Of a stretch of DNA of 64,000 nt, positions 26,801 to 37,443 are shown in pieces. The stretch comes from Tubiluchus corallicola (Eukaryota; Animalia; Priapulida): the NCBI GenBank assembly GCA_030141605.1, contig JAQGDQ010000028.1:744001-808000 (forward strand). The letters run 5' to 3'. The notes below the pieces were generated by a model. That model did not search any database. It was not told the origin of the DNA and worked only from the letters and a program-made list of their open reading frames with translations. The position numbers and the translations under genes are program-made. How positions within the stretch are numbered: position 1 is the first letter of the stretch; each line of letters starts with the position of its first letter.

Positions 26801-29800
26801 ACTGAAAAGTTGATTCTGTCAAACTAGTAGTAACACAAAACACCTAGCACAAATTAACTTTCCATGAAGACACTGCTTCTCCCAAAAATTTGTGACAAAC
26901 GAAGATGATAATTGTTAATTTAATGTCCATATAATGTTAACTTTGTAATGTTTTTCATTGTTTTCAAAATTTCTGTGCAGTACACATCTTAAGTTAATAT
27001 TGAAGTATATTTAAGGCTGGTTTGCTTTTAGCAGTTTTTAGCTGCGCAACAATTTCTTGCATCCAGGTGAAACAGTCTGCCAGCTTAATAGAGACACTTA
27101 CGTGATAACACAGACACAGTCTCATGAGTCGAGTAAAATCGGGAAAGTTTATCCCAATCTCCTGAATGCCGGCCATCCTCTCATTTTTTTAATGAAAACA
27201 TTTGTCACATATTACCCCAGACAATGCAGAGCTTACTACAGCTACTACATTTAGCCATTACATTAACACTTTATTTTTGCTCCAAAAATATTTAGGGTCA
27301 GTACAGTCGTTAACACTTTATTTTTGCTCCAAAAATATTTAGGCTCAGTACAGTCGATTCATACCGGATCAGTTTCTAAATGCATGTCTTACCCAAAGTC
27401 TGTGTTTTCTTTTAATTCTGGGCTTTAAGACATAACAACTTAACTTGTCAACAAAAATATAACCACCGTTTACAGCTGCCAAGTTGATCTATCTTTTGTA
27501 AAAATTGCTCTAGTGGCGATCAATACATTACTTCTCTGATCAACTATTCCCATTTGAATCATCACCAATTTATGTCATTCGTTTTAATTCCCGATTATAA
27601 TGTTTTCAGATACTTATAAAGATAAGGAAGCACAAACGTGTCTATCATCACAGTGCTTCTGTTGCAATACGACGACGCCTCTCGTACCAGTTGAAATTCA
27701 CCTATACTTAAACTAGCCCTAATAATCACGTTCTTTGTTATGTTAACATTTGAAGAAGCCTCTGAGCATCATATTTTTGAAGCATGCAGGGAAAACTTAC
27801 TTCTTTACAAACAAACTTTTTCAATAGTGCTTTATTATTTTATCAATTTATCTCCACTTATCGCAGCTGCAATGGAGCACCACTAAATTTTACAAATTCA
27901 AGTCTCCCTATGCAAGAATATTGCTAACTTTTATTTTTCATTGATGGGTGGGGAAGTTGAACCTACCAGATTTTTTTCCCTGGCCGCTACAAGCTATAGC
28001 AAGACCACTGGGAAAGGTAACTACTCGAGTGGTCACGTGTGTACTTCATGACTGAAGTTGAGCAACATTAAGGCTATTTATTGAGCACATGAGTGACCAT
28101 TCAGGTAGTATGCAACCTCTTGCAAAATGTTCAAAATTAAATTAAAATTGTTTTTTGTTTTTAACTAGTTGCAAATACATTGGATAAATGGATATGTCTC
28201 AAAAAGTGCTTAAATGCCACAAATTTGTGTTAGTTTGACATGCTTAAATAGTGCAGTTGATTTGTTCCTAGACTAAGAACCAGATGGCAGCACAAGTGGC
28301 AGCTATTGTTGTTTCACAGCCGTTTCACGTGATGAGCATTCGCTGCATGGCACAGTTTGTGGGCAAGGAAGATGCATATAGGTAAAGTAACATTCTCACT
28401 TAAATTAAATTATTAAAGATTTAATGTAAATGCGTAAACATTTTTCGTCACTTTCCTGGATTTTTCAAATGTGGGTGATTTATTATTTTTTATTATATAG
28501 ATGTGTGTGAGGGAGAGAGAGTTTCAAGAATGATAACAACATTTCTTTATTTTCTTTTAGTTGTTTAGCTTTTCTGTGTTGTACAGTATTATTGTAAATT
28601 GCTTGAACAGTATGTTCTTCTCTATTTGTAGTGGATTTTTTTCATCAATATCAGAAATTTGGAAAAATGATGGGATTTTAGGTTTTTTCGCGTAAGTATT
28701 ACCTTGTAATGTTACATAGATTTTACAGTTTGTTTTGTTTAAGTACTTGCATGTACGAGTCATAATTTATAAATTAAATATTTGATAAACTTGTGCAGTT
28801 TTTATCTGTTTTTGATACAAATTTCTCTGACACTGTGATTTTTTATCTGTTTTCCGCGTGTTCCATTCAACATTTAAAATCCAACACTATGCAGTACATC
28901 AATTTGTGATGTGATTTAAACTGTAAAATTCATTGCTGTTCAATCATTAAACCAAAGACCAACAACATGTAAACATTCCATGTTTACATTGTAGCTGCAA
29001 TTAAAATGTTTCAGGTTACAGAGATTTATAAAGCTGCAAGAAGTAAGCGTGAACACAATCCTAAAATCCTAGGAAACCTATCATAAACTTGCCTTGTGAT
29101 TTAACATGGTCAAACTTATGGAAGATTTTAATTGTTTTCCAAAAATATTGAAAGCAGCTTCAAATTCACCAGAAAAAGTGACAGCACCAGTGGCATAGCT
29201 AGAGCTTGTGGCGTGTGAGGCGGCACTTGAGTTTGCGGCTCTCATCTCTCCTGTGATTACTCAATTGTAGAGATAAATAAAATTTGAACGATTGGCAAAA
29301 TTTTGTTTGCGAAGTGTTTCTTTGTTTATGATGATAACTAATTATTATCTTACTTTGTAATAATTAGCAAACATTCTAAAGTAAAAGCTATAAGCAGTGT
29401 TTTCTTGGAAAATCAGGTTATCACACATTATTTAATCACACCCCTGCATCAAACAGCTGATCCTCAAACTTGAATGATTTCTGAAACAAAGAATACGTAA
29501 ATGTCATATGCCTACAAATTATGACTAACAAATTATGTCACTACGCCTTTAACGACAGATGCAATAATCATAACAGACAAGTTTTACATCCCTATGCCTG
29601 CAATAATTATTGACATGCAGATTAGACAACAATAAAATTTTTTTGTCTATTGTACCGCACTATATAAGTTTTGTGACACATTTATACTGTTCCGATAGAA
29701 CCCATTTTTTCAGTGCACTTGTTCAAAGTGCCACCCAAGGTGGACCACCCCCTCCCTTTTAGATATGTCACTGGGCTATACCACAAGATTTATTACATTG

Positions 29801-32800
29801 GTAATAATGCATTTTAATCACGATTTGAATACACACTTTCAAAACTTGCACATTACTTTGTTTTACACTTGAAACTCGATTACTGGCCTGAGAAAATAAA
29901 TCATTGGTCGATTCAACGTCATTTTCTCTGTCATAATTCTAAATCCTTCTTTTGACAAAAAATGGTTGTTATTTGCATATTGTGTACATAGACTTTCACA
30001 TTATTGGCATCCTTTGCATTTGTATATGCTTTCTTATGTTGCTTCTATATGTGCAAGACAATGAATAAGAGAATAAGATCGTTGAGTGCATAGAAATTTA
30101 AATCTTCTTATGTAAGCTTGTATTTTCTTTACTTTAGTTGGCTGCTGGGCCTTATTGTAGCAACAGTAATACTAGTAATATATATACATCTTCTCTTGAC
30201 AGTGATTTTACCAACGATTCAGAAGTCAGTGAAAGTGAAAAATTCTTAAGTCTTTCTTTACATTTTCTAGAGGATTAGTGCCACGGTTATTTGGAGAAAT
30301 ACTAATTATAATTTGTGCCAACACAATTACTTTTGCAATCAACACGTACATGTTTGAAAGTGATGTAAAGCAGTACTGTGGACCTATGGCAAATGTAAGT
30401 ACAAGAGCATTTCCTCTGCATTTTCACTGAACATTGTACAACTTGTAGACAGCTTTCAAGAAGTACCTCACCAGTCTTAATCTTTCAAAAATAGTAGTCG
30501 TAGTTCATTTTATCATCAGTTGCATACACTTATTCGAAAAATGAGCTTTTTTAAATGTATCTCTCAAAATTTTCTGGTTTGAGTTTATATTGTAGTTTTG
30601 TAATTTTGCCACTAAGATTGTTATTTTTACTGCACCCCAACAGACGAATTGCAGTTTATGGATATCCTAATTCTACATTAATTATTGTTTCCATTTGACT
30701 TTGCTCTATATTACTTGTGCAACTTGTGGATATATCGCACTAGCTGTTCATTTTCACCACTTGAATAATATTGTGATTTCATTAGCTGTGTAGTGAATAC
30801 AAGTACAGCATTAAATGTTCATATCAGAGAATCCACTTCAATAATTCTACCTTAACAGCTCACCTGTTTGCCAGCGAGTACAAAAATTTTAAATTTTTAA
30901 ATCTAGTTAATTTTTTATACCTCAAGAATGCACAACTGCTAGTATTTGGTTACCACTATCTGCTGCATTTTTTTGTATTCTGATTTGTAAAAACAATTAC
31001 ATTAAAAGCAAAAGCACCTATAGATTCAACTTGTTGTTGTTGTTGGCATCCTTCTGTCTCGAAAGACAATGGATTGTGTGCCAAGAGAGTCAGTTATTAA
31101 TAAAATTGATGGAGCTGCAGCGTCGACTGTGACTGAGCAGTCCGATCCTTGAGCGGCAGTTCCGGCTGCAGGTTACACATTGGAAGGCTGTTTCATCCGG
31201 ATGAGGTAGGGCATCTTTCTGGTGCCTGCGAGTCCTTTTATCCTCTTGTTTTTCCTCCCTCGTTTTCTCCGCTCTGTTAATGGCTGTCCTAACAGCAGAT
31301 TTCCAGTTGCTTCGATCTGCCGCAAGCGCCTCGTAATTTGCTGGTGTCATGCCGCCTGCCTTGAGGTCCCGTTTACATACATCTTTGTAGCGGAGCAGTG
31401 GCCTCCCGGTGGGTCGGGAGCCAGTAGCAAGCTCACCGTACAGAATGTCCTTGGGCAATCTGCCGTCCTGCATGCGGGAAACATGGCCTAGCCAGCGCAG
31501 ACGTCTGTTGGTGAGTATGGCATACATGCTAGGGATTCCAGCTTTTGCTAGCACATCCTTGTTGGTTATGTGCTCCTGCCATGAGATGCCCAGGATTCTT
31601 CTGAGGCAGCGTTGGTGGAAAGCATTGAGCCTGCGTTCTTGATGGCTATACAGAGTCCAACTCTCGCTCCCGTACAACAGTGTGCTCAGTACACAGGCTT
31701 GGTACACCTGGGACTTTGTCCTGATAGTCAGCATGTTGTTTTCCCACACCCTCTTTGTTAAGCGAGCCATCGTTGATGAGGCCTTGCCGATTCTGGAGTT
31801 CAGTTCTGTGGCCAAGCTAAGATTGCTGGAAATAACAGAACCAAGATAGGTGAAATCTTCCACCACGTCAAGGCAGCAGTCATCGATGGAGATGTGAGGG
31901 GCTGGGGAAACATTTTGGCCTAAAACCTTGGTCTTTTGGATGCTGATTGTGAGGCCACACTCACTGCAGGCATGGGCAAAGTTGTCAATGAGGCCTTGGA
32001 GGCCGGCTTCAGTGTGAGCTGTCAGTGCGGCATCATCTGCAAACAGCATTTCACGAATGAGAACTTTGCGAACCCGTGACTTTGCTCGGAGACGAGAGAG
32101 GTTGAACAGGCTGCCGTCGCTTCGTGTGTGTAAATAGACTCCCTCTTCAGTTTCTTTAAATGCATAGCGCAGCAGCAGAGAGAACAGGATACCAAAGAGG
32201 GTTGGGGCGAGGACACATCCTTGTTTAACTCCGCTTTTGATTGGGAATGGGTGTGAGGAAGAGCCGTCGGACTGAACAGTACCTTTCATTTCCTCGTGGA
32301 AGGAAGTAATCAGTCTCAGCAGCTTTGGGGGGCATCCAATTCTCTCTCTCCAGGGCGCACGCCTGGGCAAGATATATGGAGATCCTGAGTTGCCCAGACA
32401 TCAGGAACCCCCTCTCTTCCTCCCTGGTGTAGTCCAAAGGAAAGCAGAGCGATACGTTTGGCACCAGGTTGGCTGCAGGAGCTGCCGGAGTCAGTGAGCA
32501 TGCTGCACTGGTCCGCCTTCGGGGCTCCACTCCTGATTTGGAAGGTTTACTCCTCTACACATGGCCGTTGGGTCGCTTGACCTCCTCCGCCCTCTAGCCG
32601 TTGGCTGCTTATGCAGCTCCTCCGCCTAGTGTCGAGATACAGTGTAGGCATCCCGCAAGCATTTTTATCGGTTATAGCGCCAATAGCTCGCTTTCACACC
32701 TAGCTCATTTAGTAAAACCAGTGTCGCCACGAGGAGGCAGAACGTAGGAGTTTGTCTGGCAGAGGTGGTAGAGTTGCACAAGCCTCTTGGAGCCACTTTG

Positions 32801-35800
32801 TAGGTCACTGGGAGCTCATCCCCGAGTGGCCAGCTCCGGCAATACCAAGACCTTTAGACACCATAGATTCAACTGGTTATTGAATTATTGATGGATTATT
32901 TGTATTGAATTTTTTTCCTTTATTTTATAGTTGCTGGTTGGTGCAGTATTGTATCCATTCAATGTTGTGTCATCAGTTATGACTGTAACAAACTCCGGGT
33001 AAGTCATATTCCAAATGCGTTGACTTGAGCGCACTTATTTATTTGTATATGTGATTACTTTATTCCAAATAAAATCAAGCACATATCTCCAGATTAGGAC
33101 AGTTATTTGACATACAGGAAAAGACATAATAACACATATAACATAACATATAACGCAATAACATAACCTAATGTAACAGTATGCACATGTTTATTACAGA
33201 AAGTAGACAAAATATATTTTTCAGTAGAGACAAGTGACGAACAATACAGAAAATTTAATAAAAGAAATGGTTTATGATAGATATTATTCATACTATAGAA
33301 TACTAAACGTAAGACCAGCACATTTCTACAGGCAATAATGCACTAAAAACTCTTCAATATGTTTAATACTTTGATGTCTTGTCACTTTTTTGAAAATCGT
33401 TTAAGAACTCGTTGAGAGAGGAGATGCTAACAACTAATCTAGTAAAAAACTGAAAATGAGCACATTTCGTTTTAACTTGCCGTAGTCTTAACTTGTACAG
33501 TTTTAAGTTTTAAAATGTATTCAGAGACAAGCATGCACAGATGCAAGCTAATATGGCTTCATTGTTTCGCTTTCATTTTGAACGAAATAATGACATCATC
33601 CAGTTACTGTTAAATATAACACCTATCCTGCAAGGTGCTTGAGCAAACTCTCGTGCCGCCGCTGCAGTTACTGTCATCAACTCTGAACAATCCAAAACGA
33701 TAAACGAGATTATTAATACTGTTTTTTTTGGTTTTTGATGGATCTCATTGTTCGCTATGTCATGAAAAACAGTTACTGATGATAGTAAACTAATCTCCAA
33801 CTTGCCTAGTTAACCCTGCCAAAGTAACAGAATAATTATTTTAACAAGCTGAAACTCTATAAGCTAAGTATCCCACCTGGCGCGTACTATATGTTTGAAG
33901 AATTGTATGCTTATTTGAAAGTCAGCGTATATCTGCAAACAGTACTTACATATTTTGAAGTATCCTTTGGATTAAAGCTATGTAATCACTTTAAAGTTGT
34001 TGCAAATTGATCCAATTCCTAATTTTCACACAAACACAGTTAAACACAAATATACAACCAGCTAGAATAGGTTTTAATAGTGAAACTTCTGAGTGAACTG
34101 CAGACATTTTGTTACACATGGTTTCGTGTTGTCCACCATTTACATCATTTTCTTTAAATGTGCCAGCAGCAAGGTTCATTTGGCAATACATAAGAGTAAT
34201 TTAAATTTCTTTTCCATTTTTAAGCATTGCCTTTTATGTGTTTGTATTGCATCGTAATTTAACTATTTTAATGTTGCTCAGGGGTTGCTTTTCCTTTCAA
34301 TTTCATGGTTACCATAGTTGATATCATAAACAACAAACTAAACAAAAAACTACTTCATTAGCATTTATATGGCACAATGACATATTAACAAAGATGTTTC
34401 TGCAGCCTTCATCAGTTTGCACAAGTTGAAAGATAAATATGATGAAAATAAAAGTAAGAAAATTTGTTCCAAAATTTAATTATGATAACACCTACTTATA
34501 AATTACTATAAGTAATGCTACGAGTATTACAAGTAATTGTGTGACTGTTCAACAAATGATTAAAACACTAAGACCTAAACATACATTTATTAGACGTTTG
34601 CTCTGTTATTCCTGATCAATGTAAAGAGCATGTAGAGCAAATCCGGTTTTTTTCTTTTGTTGTTATCATTAAAAAAACATTTCTTTTCGATGACACCTAT
34701 AGTAATATATATTTATATTCGCCTTTGTTATTTACAAATCATGCACTCGTTTTAGTACAAGGTGATAGTTTCTTATGTTGTTTACAAATCTTTCTTTGTC
34801 CTTTAAAATTATGTCCATTTGCTTAGATTTGTGTTTTGTTTTTATTTATTGACAATTAATTATTATTATATTTGTTTTGTTTTCATTTTATTGTTTTTGT
34901 TTCCTGCAGACCTTTTGTCACTATTGTGTTTTGTTTTATTAAACCTGCCATTTGTACGAAAGAACAGGAGACAAGATGACCTTTTGGTCCCTCCTTATCC
35001 CACTCCATAATTACATTTATTTGATATTGAACTAACAATATTGCTGTAAGTAAGACTGGAGAAAATAAAGTGTTCTATGTTCTATGTTGTTAAATAACAT
35101 TCATGTGCAAGGGCTTTCTATGAGAAATTATATTGTTATTCCCTTGAGAAGTCATATGTATGTAAACGAAAGAGTTATTATCTCTAATGTGCTTAAAAAT
35201 GTGTGAAGTGCATTTTGTTTGCATGCATACGTCACGGCAGTTTGTTTTTTCTATATAAAGCTTCTTATAGTTATTACAGGAAATCTCATTCACAAATGCG
35301 TAACAAAACATCAACAAGATTTACACTAGCATGGCTATTTCATCCAAAATCTGAGGTTTGTCCTTGCACCTGAGGTTTGTCCTTGCACCAACAAATGTGT
35401 TTGGTATCAGGCTAGTGTAACGTCAGGTTGTTCCTGCAATATTTGTAAGAAGCTTTATATAGGCCAAACAAGAAGCATTACGCATTTATCATCGCATTAG
35501 ATATAGTAACTCTTTCATTTACATACATACGACTTCTTGTGGGAATAACAATATAATTTCTCATGGAAAGTCCTTGCACTTGAATGTTATTTAACAACCA
35601 GACAGTGGCAGCTGGTGTATAGGCACTGTGGAACTGCAGCACCCCCTATTTTCACTCGATATTATCGGTAACATTGAATATAGTCAGTTTTTTTAATTCT
35701 TTCTTTATACTTGTACATTATATAATCCTTTAGCTTAATGTCAGTTGCCATCTCCTAATTTATGAAAAAATCACAAAAATTCTAGTATTCACAGTTCCAG

Positions 35801-37321
35801 CGACACGGTGTTGTGCGCATGTGGTCGTGCGCACACGTCCGAGATAAGAAGCTGCACGCTAGGTAGAGAGAACTCTGTTGCTCATGCAGTGCCGACCCTG
35901 TTGTGAAAGTGTAAAGTAGTGTTTCTTTTTGACTAAATGTTCTTATATGTTTGTTTCGTTTTACACGGTATTAAAACAATGGCTAAAAATTTCCTGAAGC
36001 AGCATCGTCACTAATTTTAGCTACAAGTCACTACTGCAACCAGACTTGCTCTTAACTTTCTAGAGGCTCTATATATCAGGAAGAACAGAGTGAGAATTTA
36101 ATAAATGTATGCTTAGGTCATGTGTTTTATCATATGTTGCCTAGTTACCTTGTAATAATTTATGTGGATGTCATCACAGTTAATCTTTACAACGTCTTTT
36201 AAATTCATCATGTTTGTGTTTCATGAAACTGATGAAGATTGTTGAAACGAATGTCTTTGTCGATATATTATTACTGTACAGTGTAAAAGCTATTGAAGTA
36301 ATTTTTAGTTAGATATTTTCAAAGAAGATAAGGTTGAATCATTAGCACTCCATTAATTTTAATTGTTGATTTAGTCTAGCAGCAGGTAGTCCACCACATA
36401 TGCCTCATTATGATGGATGGAGAGATTGCTGGAAACAGCTCAGTAGAGAGGTGAGTGTGAAACATTTTTATTCTTATTTATTGGGCATTCGGATTACTGC
36501 ACAACATATATTTTCGATAAAGTTATAATTTAAATAAACAGGCACCGTGGGCCTGTCATTCATGTTTCTCAAAATCTCTAGTAAAAATTTTCTGTCATGC
36601 AACTAAAATTAAATTAAAGAAGAAGCGCTTTTACCAAGCTACAAAATTGTAACACCGGAATGGTGACCAAGTTTACGTATGGATGCATAAATTGAAGGAA
36701 AGTTTTCAGTTAACACCAATAGGTGGTACCTTTCTACTAGTTACAGTGTTTTTTAAAAAGTAATTTTCTTTGCCAAGGTGCAAGTCTTTCAAATCGGACA
36801 GCTATGCTTGCTTACATTCATACAGAGGGCTATTGACCATTTAGACTGGTTTGCAAATAAGTAAAGAAATATCACTTTGTTTCCTATAAAGATATGGCAG
36901 GTTTATTGATTAAAAAATAAAAAAATGCTGACATTAATAGCAAGTTTTTTAGTTTCACGGTTAGAAAACAGCCTGCTAAATGCTTTTAAAACCTTATTTT
37001 GGTGCAATAATTTCATATTTGATATTGTTGTCTTCTTTTGTATGTAATCATTTTCATTTTTTAACAAAACAACCATTTTTGAATAAAATGGAAGTACAGA
37101 AAGCTAGCGACTGGGACTCAGTACCAACAAATGCAAAGTACCTGTAATATTTTTATTTATGATACGTATAATGATTTATCTTCTATTCTTTTCAGCATGC
37201 ACTAAAGAGAGGGTCTAGCATGTTGTTTCGTTATTACACGGGTCCTGTTGTGTACCGCGGTACCATTCCCGTGCCAGCCGTGAGGGATGTGCTGACATCT
37301 AGTGGTGGAATTAAAGACTAA
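23765..37321 (+). CDS. MTCH2: Mitochondrial carrier homolog 2, 10 coding exons, 324 aa: join(23765-23887, 24097-24181, 25499-25605, 26122-26217, 28272-28381, 28632-28691, 30271-30394, 32931-32998, 36375-36450, 37196-37321)
   Basis: Spliced ORF is open (975 nt) with MTCH motifs YPLSYCKVLVQIGHEPIPP, DGFFGLYRGL, QPFHVMSIRCMAQFVG, GILGFFAGLVPRLFGE, YPFNVVS, GLAAGSPP..WRDCW, LKRGSSMLFR; all introns GT-AG. Confidence 0.95.
24097..24181 (+). CDS. MTCH2: MTCH2 exon 2
   Basis: IGHEPIPPVVKTSLFGRKNLVLPNVFKY. Confidence 0.93.
25499..25605 (+). CDS. MTCH2: MTCH2 exon 3
   Basis: (M)KHIKDADGFFGLYRGLSFKIMTGVVSTATAHHVLE. Confidence 0.93.
25683..25888 (-). mobile_element. tRNA-derived SINE in MTCH2 intron 3
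   Basis: Minus strand: A-box tagttcaatgg, B-box ggtttgactcc, then gttataccaaagacttaaaaaattgtac (resembles the Meta-SINE central domain as I recall it) and a LINE-like tail accttggaaataagc. Confidence 0.7.
26122..26217 (+). CDS. MTCH2: MTCH2 exon 4
   Basis: GLHRVSKKQTSIYKDIDDGDTKKQSLDQFLLE; phase 0-0. Confidence 0.85.
26742..28010. mobile_element. Degenerate hAT-like non-autonomous element (copy A) in MTCH2 intron 4
   Basis: Termini cagtggtgtagctag ... agcaagaccactg; an internal minus-strand peptide GDWDKLSRFYSTHET resembles the hAT/TTF DW..L...HE motif; TSD not clearly preserved. Confidence 0.5.
27263..27356. repeat. 47-bp tandem duplication (1 mismatch)
   Basis: ttaacactttatttttgctccaaaaatatttagg(g/c)tcagtacagtcg x2. 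Confidence 0.95.
28272..28381 (+). CDS. MTCH2: MTCH2 exon 5
   Basis: TKNQMAAQVAAIVVSQPFHVMSIRCMAQFVGKEDAY. Confidence 0.93.
28632..28691 (+). CDS. MTCH2: MTCH2 exon 6
   Basis: (S)GFFSSISEIWKNDGILGFF(A). Confidence 0.93.
29188..29773. mobile_element. Related hAT-like element (copy B), inverted relative to copy A, in MTCH2 intron 6
   Basis: cagtggcatagctag ... gatatgtcactg; 29707-29773 is a reverse-complement match to 26742-26808 (ttttcagtgcacttg..aaagtgccacc). Confidence 0.55.
30271..30394 (+). CDS. MTCH2: MTCH2 exon 7
   Basis: GLVPRLFGEILIIICANTITFAINTYMF...GPMAN. Confidence 0.93.
31090..32345 (-). CDS. C-terminal half of the RTE ORF: RT domains 4-7, thumb and a C-terminal Cys/His motif; no endonuclease and no native start
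   Basis: IGCPPKLL, GVKQGCVLAPTLF, FADD, GLTISIQKTKV, FTYLGS, STLLYGSESWT, RRLRWLGHV.RM..GRLPK.ILYG, CVTCSRNCRSRIGLLSHSRRC. Confidence 0.9.
32582..32862 (-). ncRNA. HDV-like self-cleaving ribozyme at the RTE 5' end
   Basis: P1 GGUGUC (32862-57) with GACACU (32725-20), G1-U wobble; P3 GCC/GGC with L3 UCCUCGU; P1.1 CC with GG (32719-18); P2 CUCCUACGUUCU (32750-39) with AGGGCGGAGGAG (32593-82); J4/2 GGCUAG with catalytic C at 32597. Confidence 0.85.
32931..32998 (+). CDS. MTCH2: MTCH2 exon 8
   Basis: LLVGAVLYPFNVVSSVMTVTNS(G). Confidence 0.93.
35086..35598. mobile_element. Foldback/MITE palindrome in MTCH2 intron 8
   Basis: Outer ~110 bp arms are near-perfect inverted repeats (gttgttaaataacattca...tgaatgttatttaacaac), similarity continues inward; central 19-bp tandem duplication at 35351-35388. 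Confidence 0.85.
36010..36260 (+). mobile_element. Penelope-like element remnant (GIY-YIG C-terminus plus a degenerate hammerhead core)
   Basis: LNFLEALYIRKN peptide at 36051-36086; CTGATGA-8nt-GAAAC-gaat-GTC at 36229-36255. Confidence 0.5.
36375..36450 (+). CDS. MTCH2: MTCH2 exon 9
   Basis: LAAGSPPHMPHYDGWRDCWKQLSRE. Confidence 0.93.
37196..37321 (+). CDS. MTCH2: MTCH2 exon 10 (stop)
   Basis: HALKRGSSMLFRYYTGPVVYRG...GIKD*. Confidence 0.92.
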   Translation, partial: HALKRGSSMLFRYYTGPVVYRGTIPVPAVRDVLTSSGGIKD

Positions 37322-37437
37322 TTAAAACCAAGTTGATGTAGCAACATTCGAAACTTACTGTTCTGAACTGTAGTAGTTTGCAGTCCCGAATTGTATTTCT
37401 ACGCATGCTGAGAGTAGTGAAAAAAGTAGTGGTATTC

Positions 37438-37443
37438 AATAAA
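37438..37443 (+). terminator. Candidate polyadenylation signal of MTCH2
   Basis: AATAAA ~120 nt after the stop codon. Confidence 0.45.

Larger units (their letters stand above)
31032..32862 (-). mobile_element. RTE-clade (RTE-BovB/AviRTE-like) non-LTR retrotransposon, internally deleted, in MTCH2 intron 7
   Basis: 12-bp TSD atagattcaact at 31020-31031 and 32863-32874; (CAA)n 3' tail; uninterrupted RT ORF; visibly higher GC than the host DNA. Confidence 0.95.

Noticed and set aside
27263-27356. Direct repeats considered as CRISPR-like (also 41340-41815)
   Set aside because: Eukaryotic context, no unique spacers and no cas genes
30138-30200. Apparent MTCH2 exon (SWLLGLIVATV...) after tttag
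   Set aside because: Exon 28632-28691 supplies the conserved GILGFFA segment in the right phase; this one has no MTCH similarity
32346-32530. ORF-track N-terminus MPRRAPWRE of the RT, and ORFs 32225-32530 and 32316-32501
   Set aside because: They read through the element's 5' UTR across the deletion junction; the RT start is a TTG and there are no protein motifs
33960-33968. GTATCCTTT, a U12-type 5' splice consensus
   Set aside because: Deep in intron 8 with no matching exon; the MTCH2 model is complete without it
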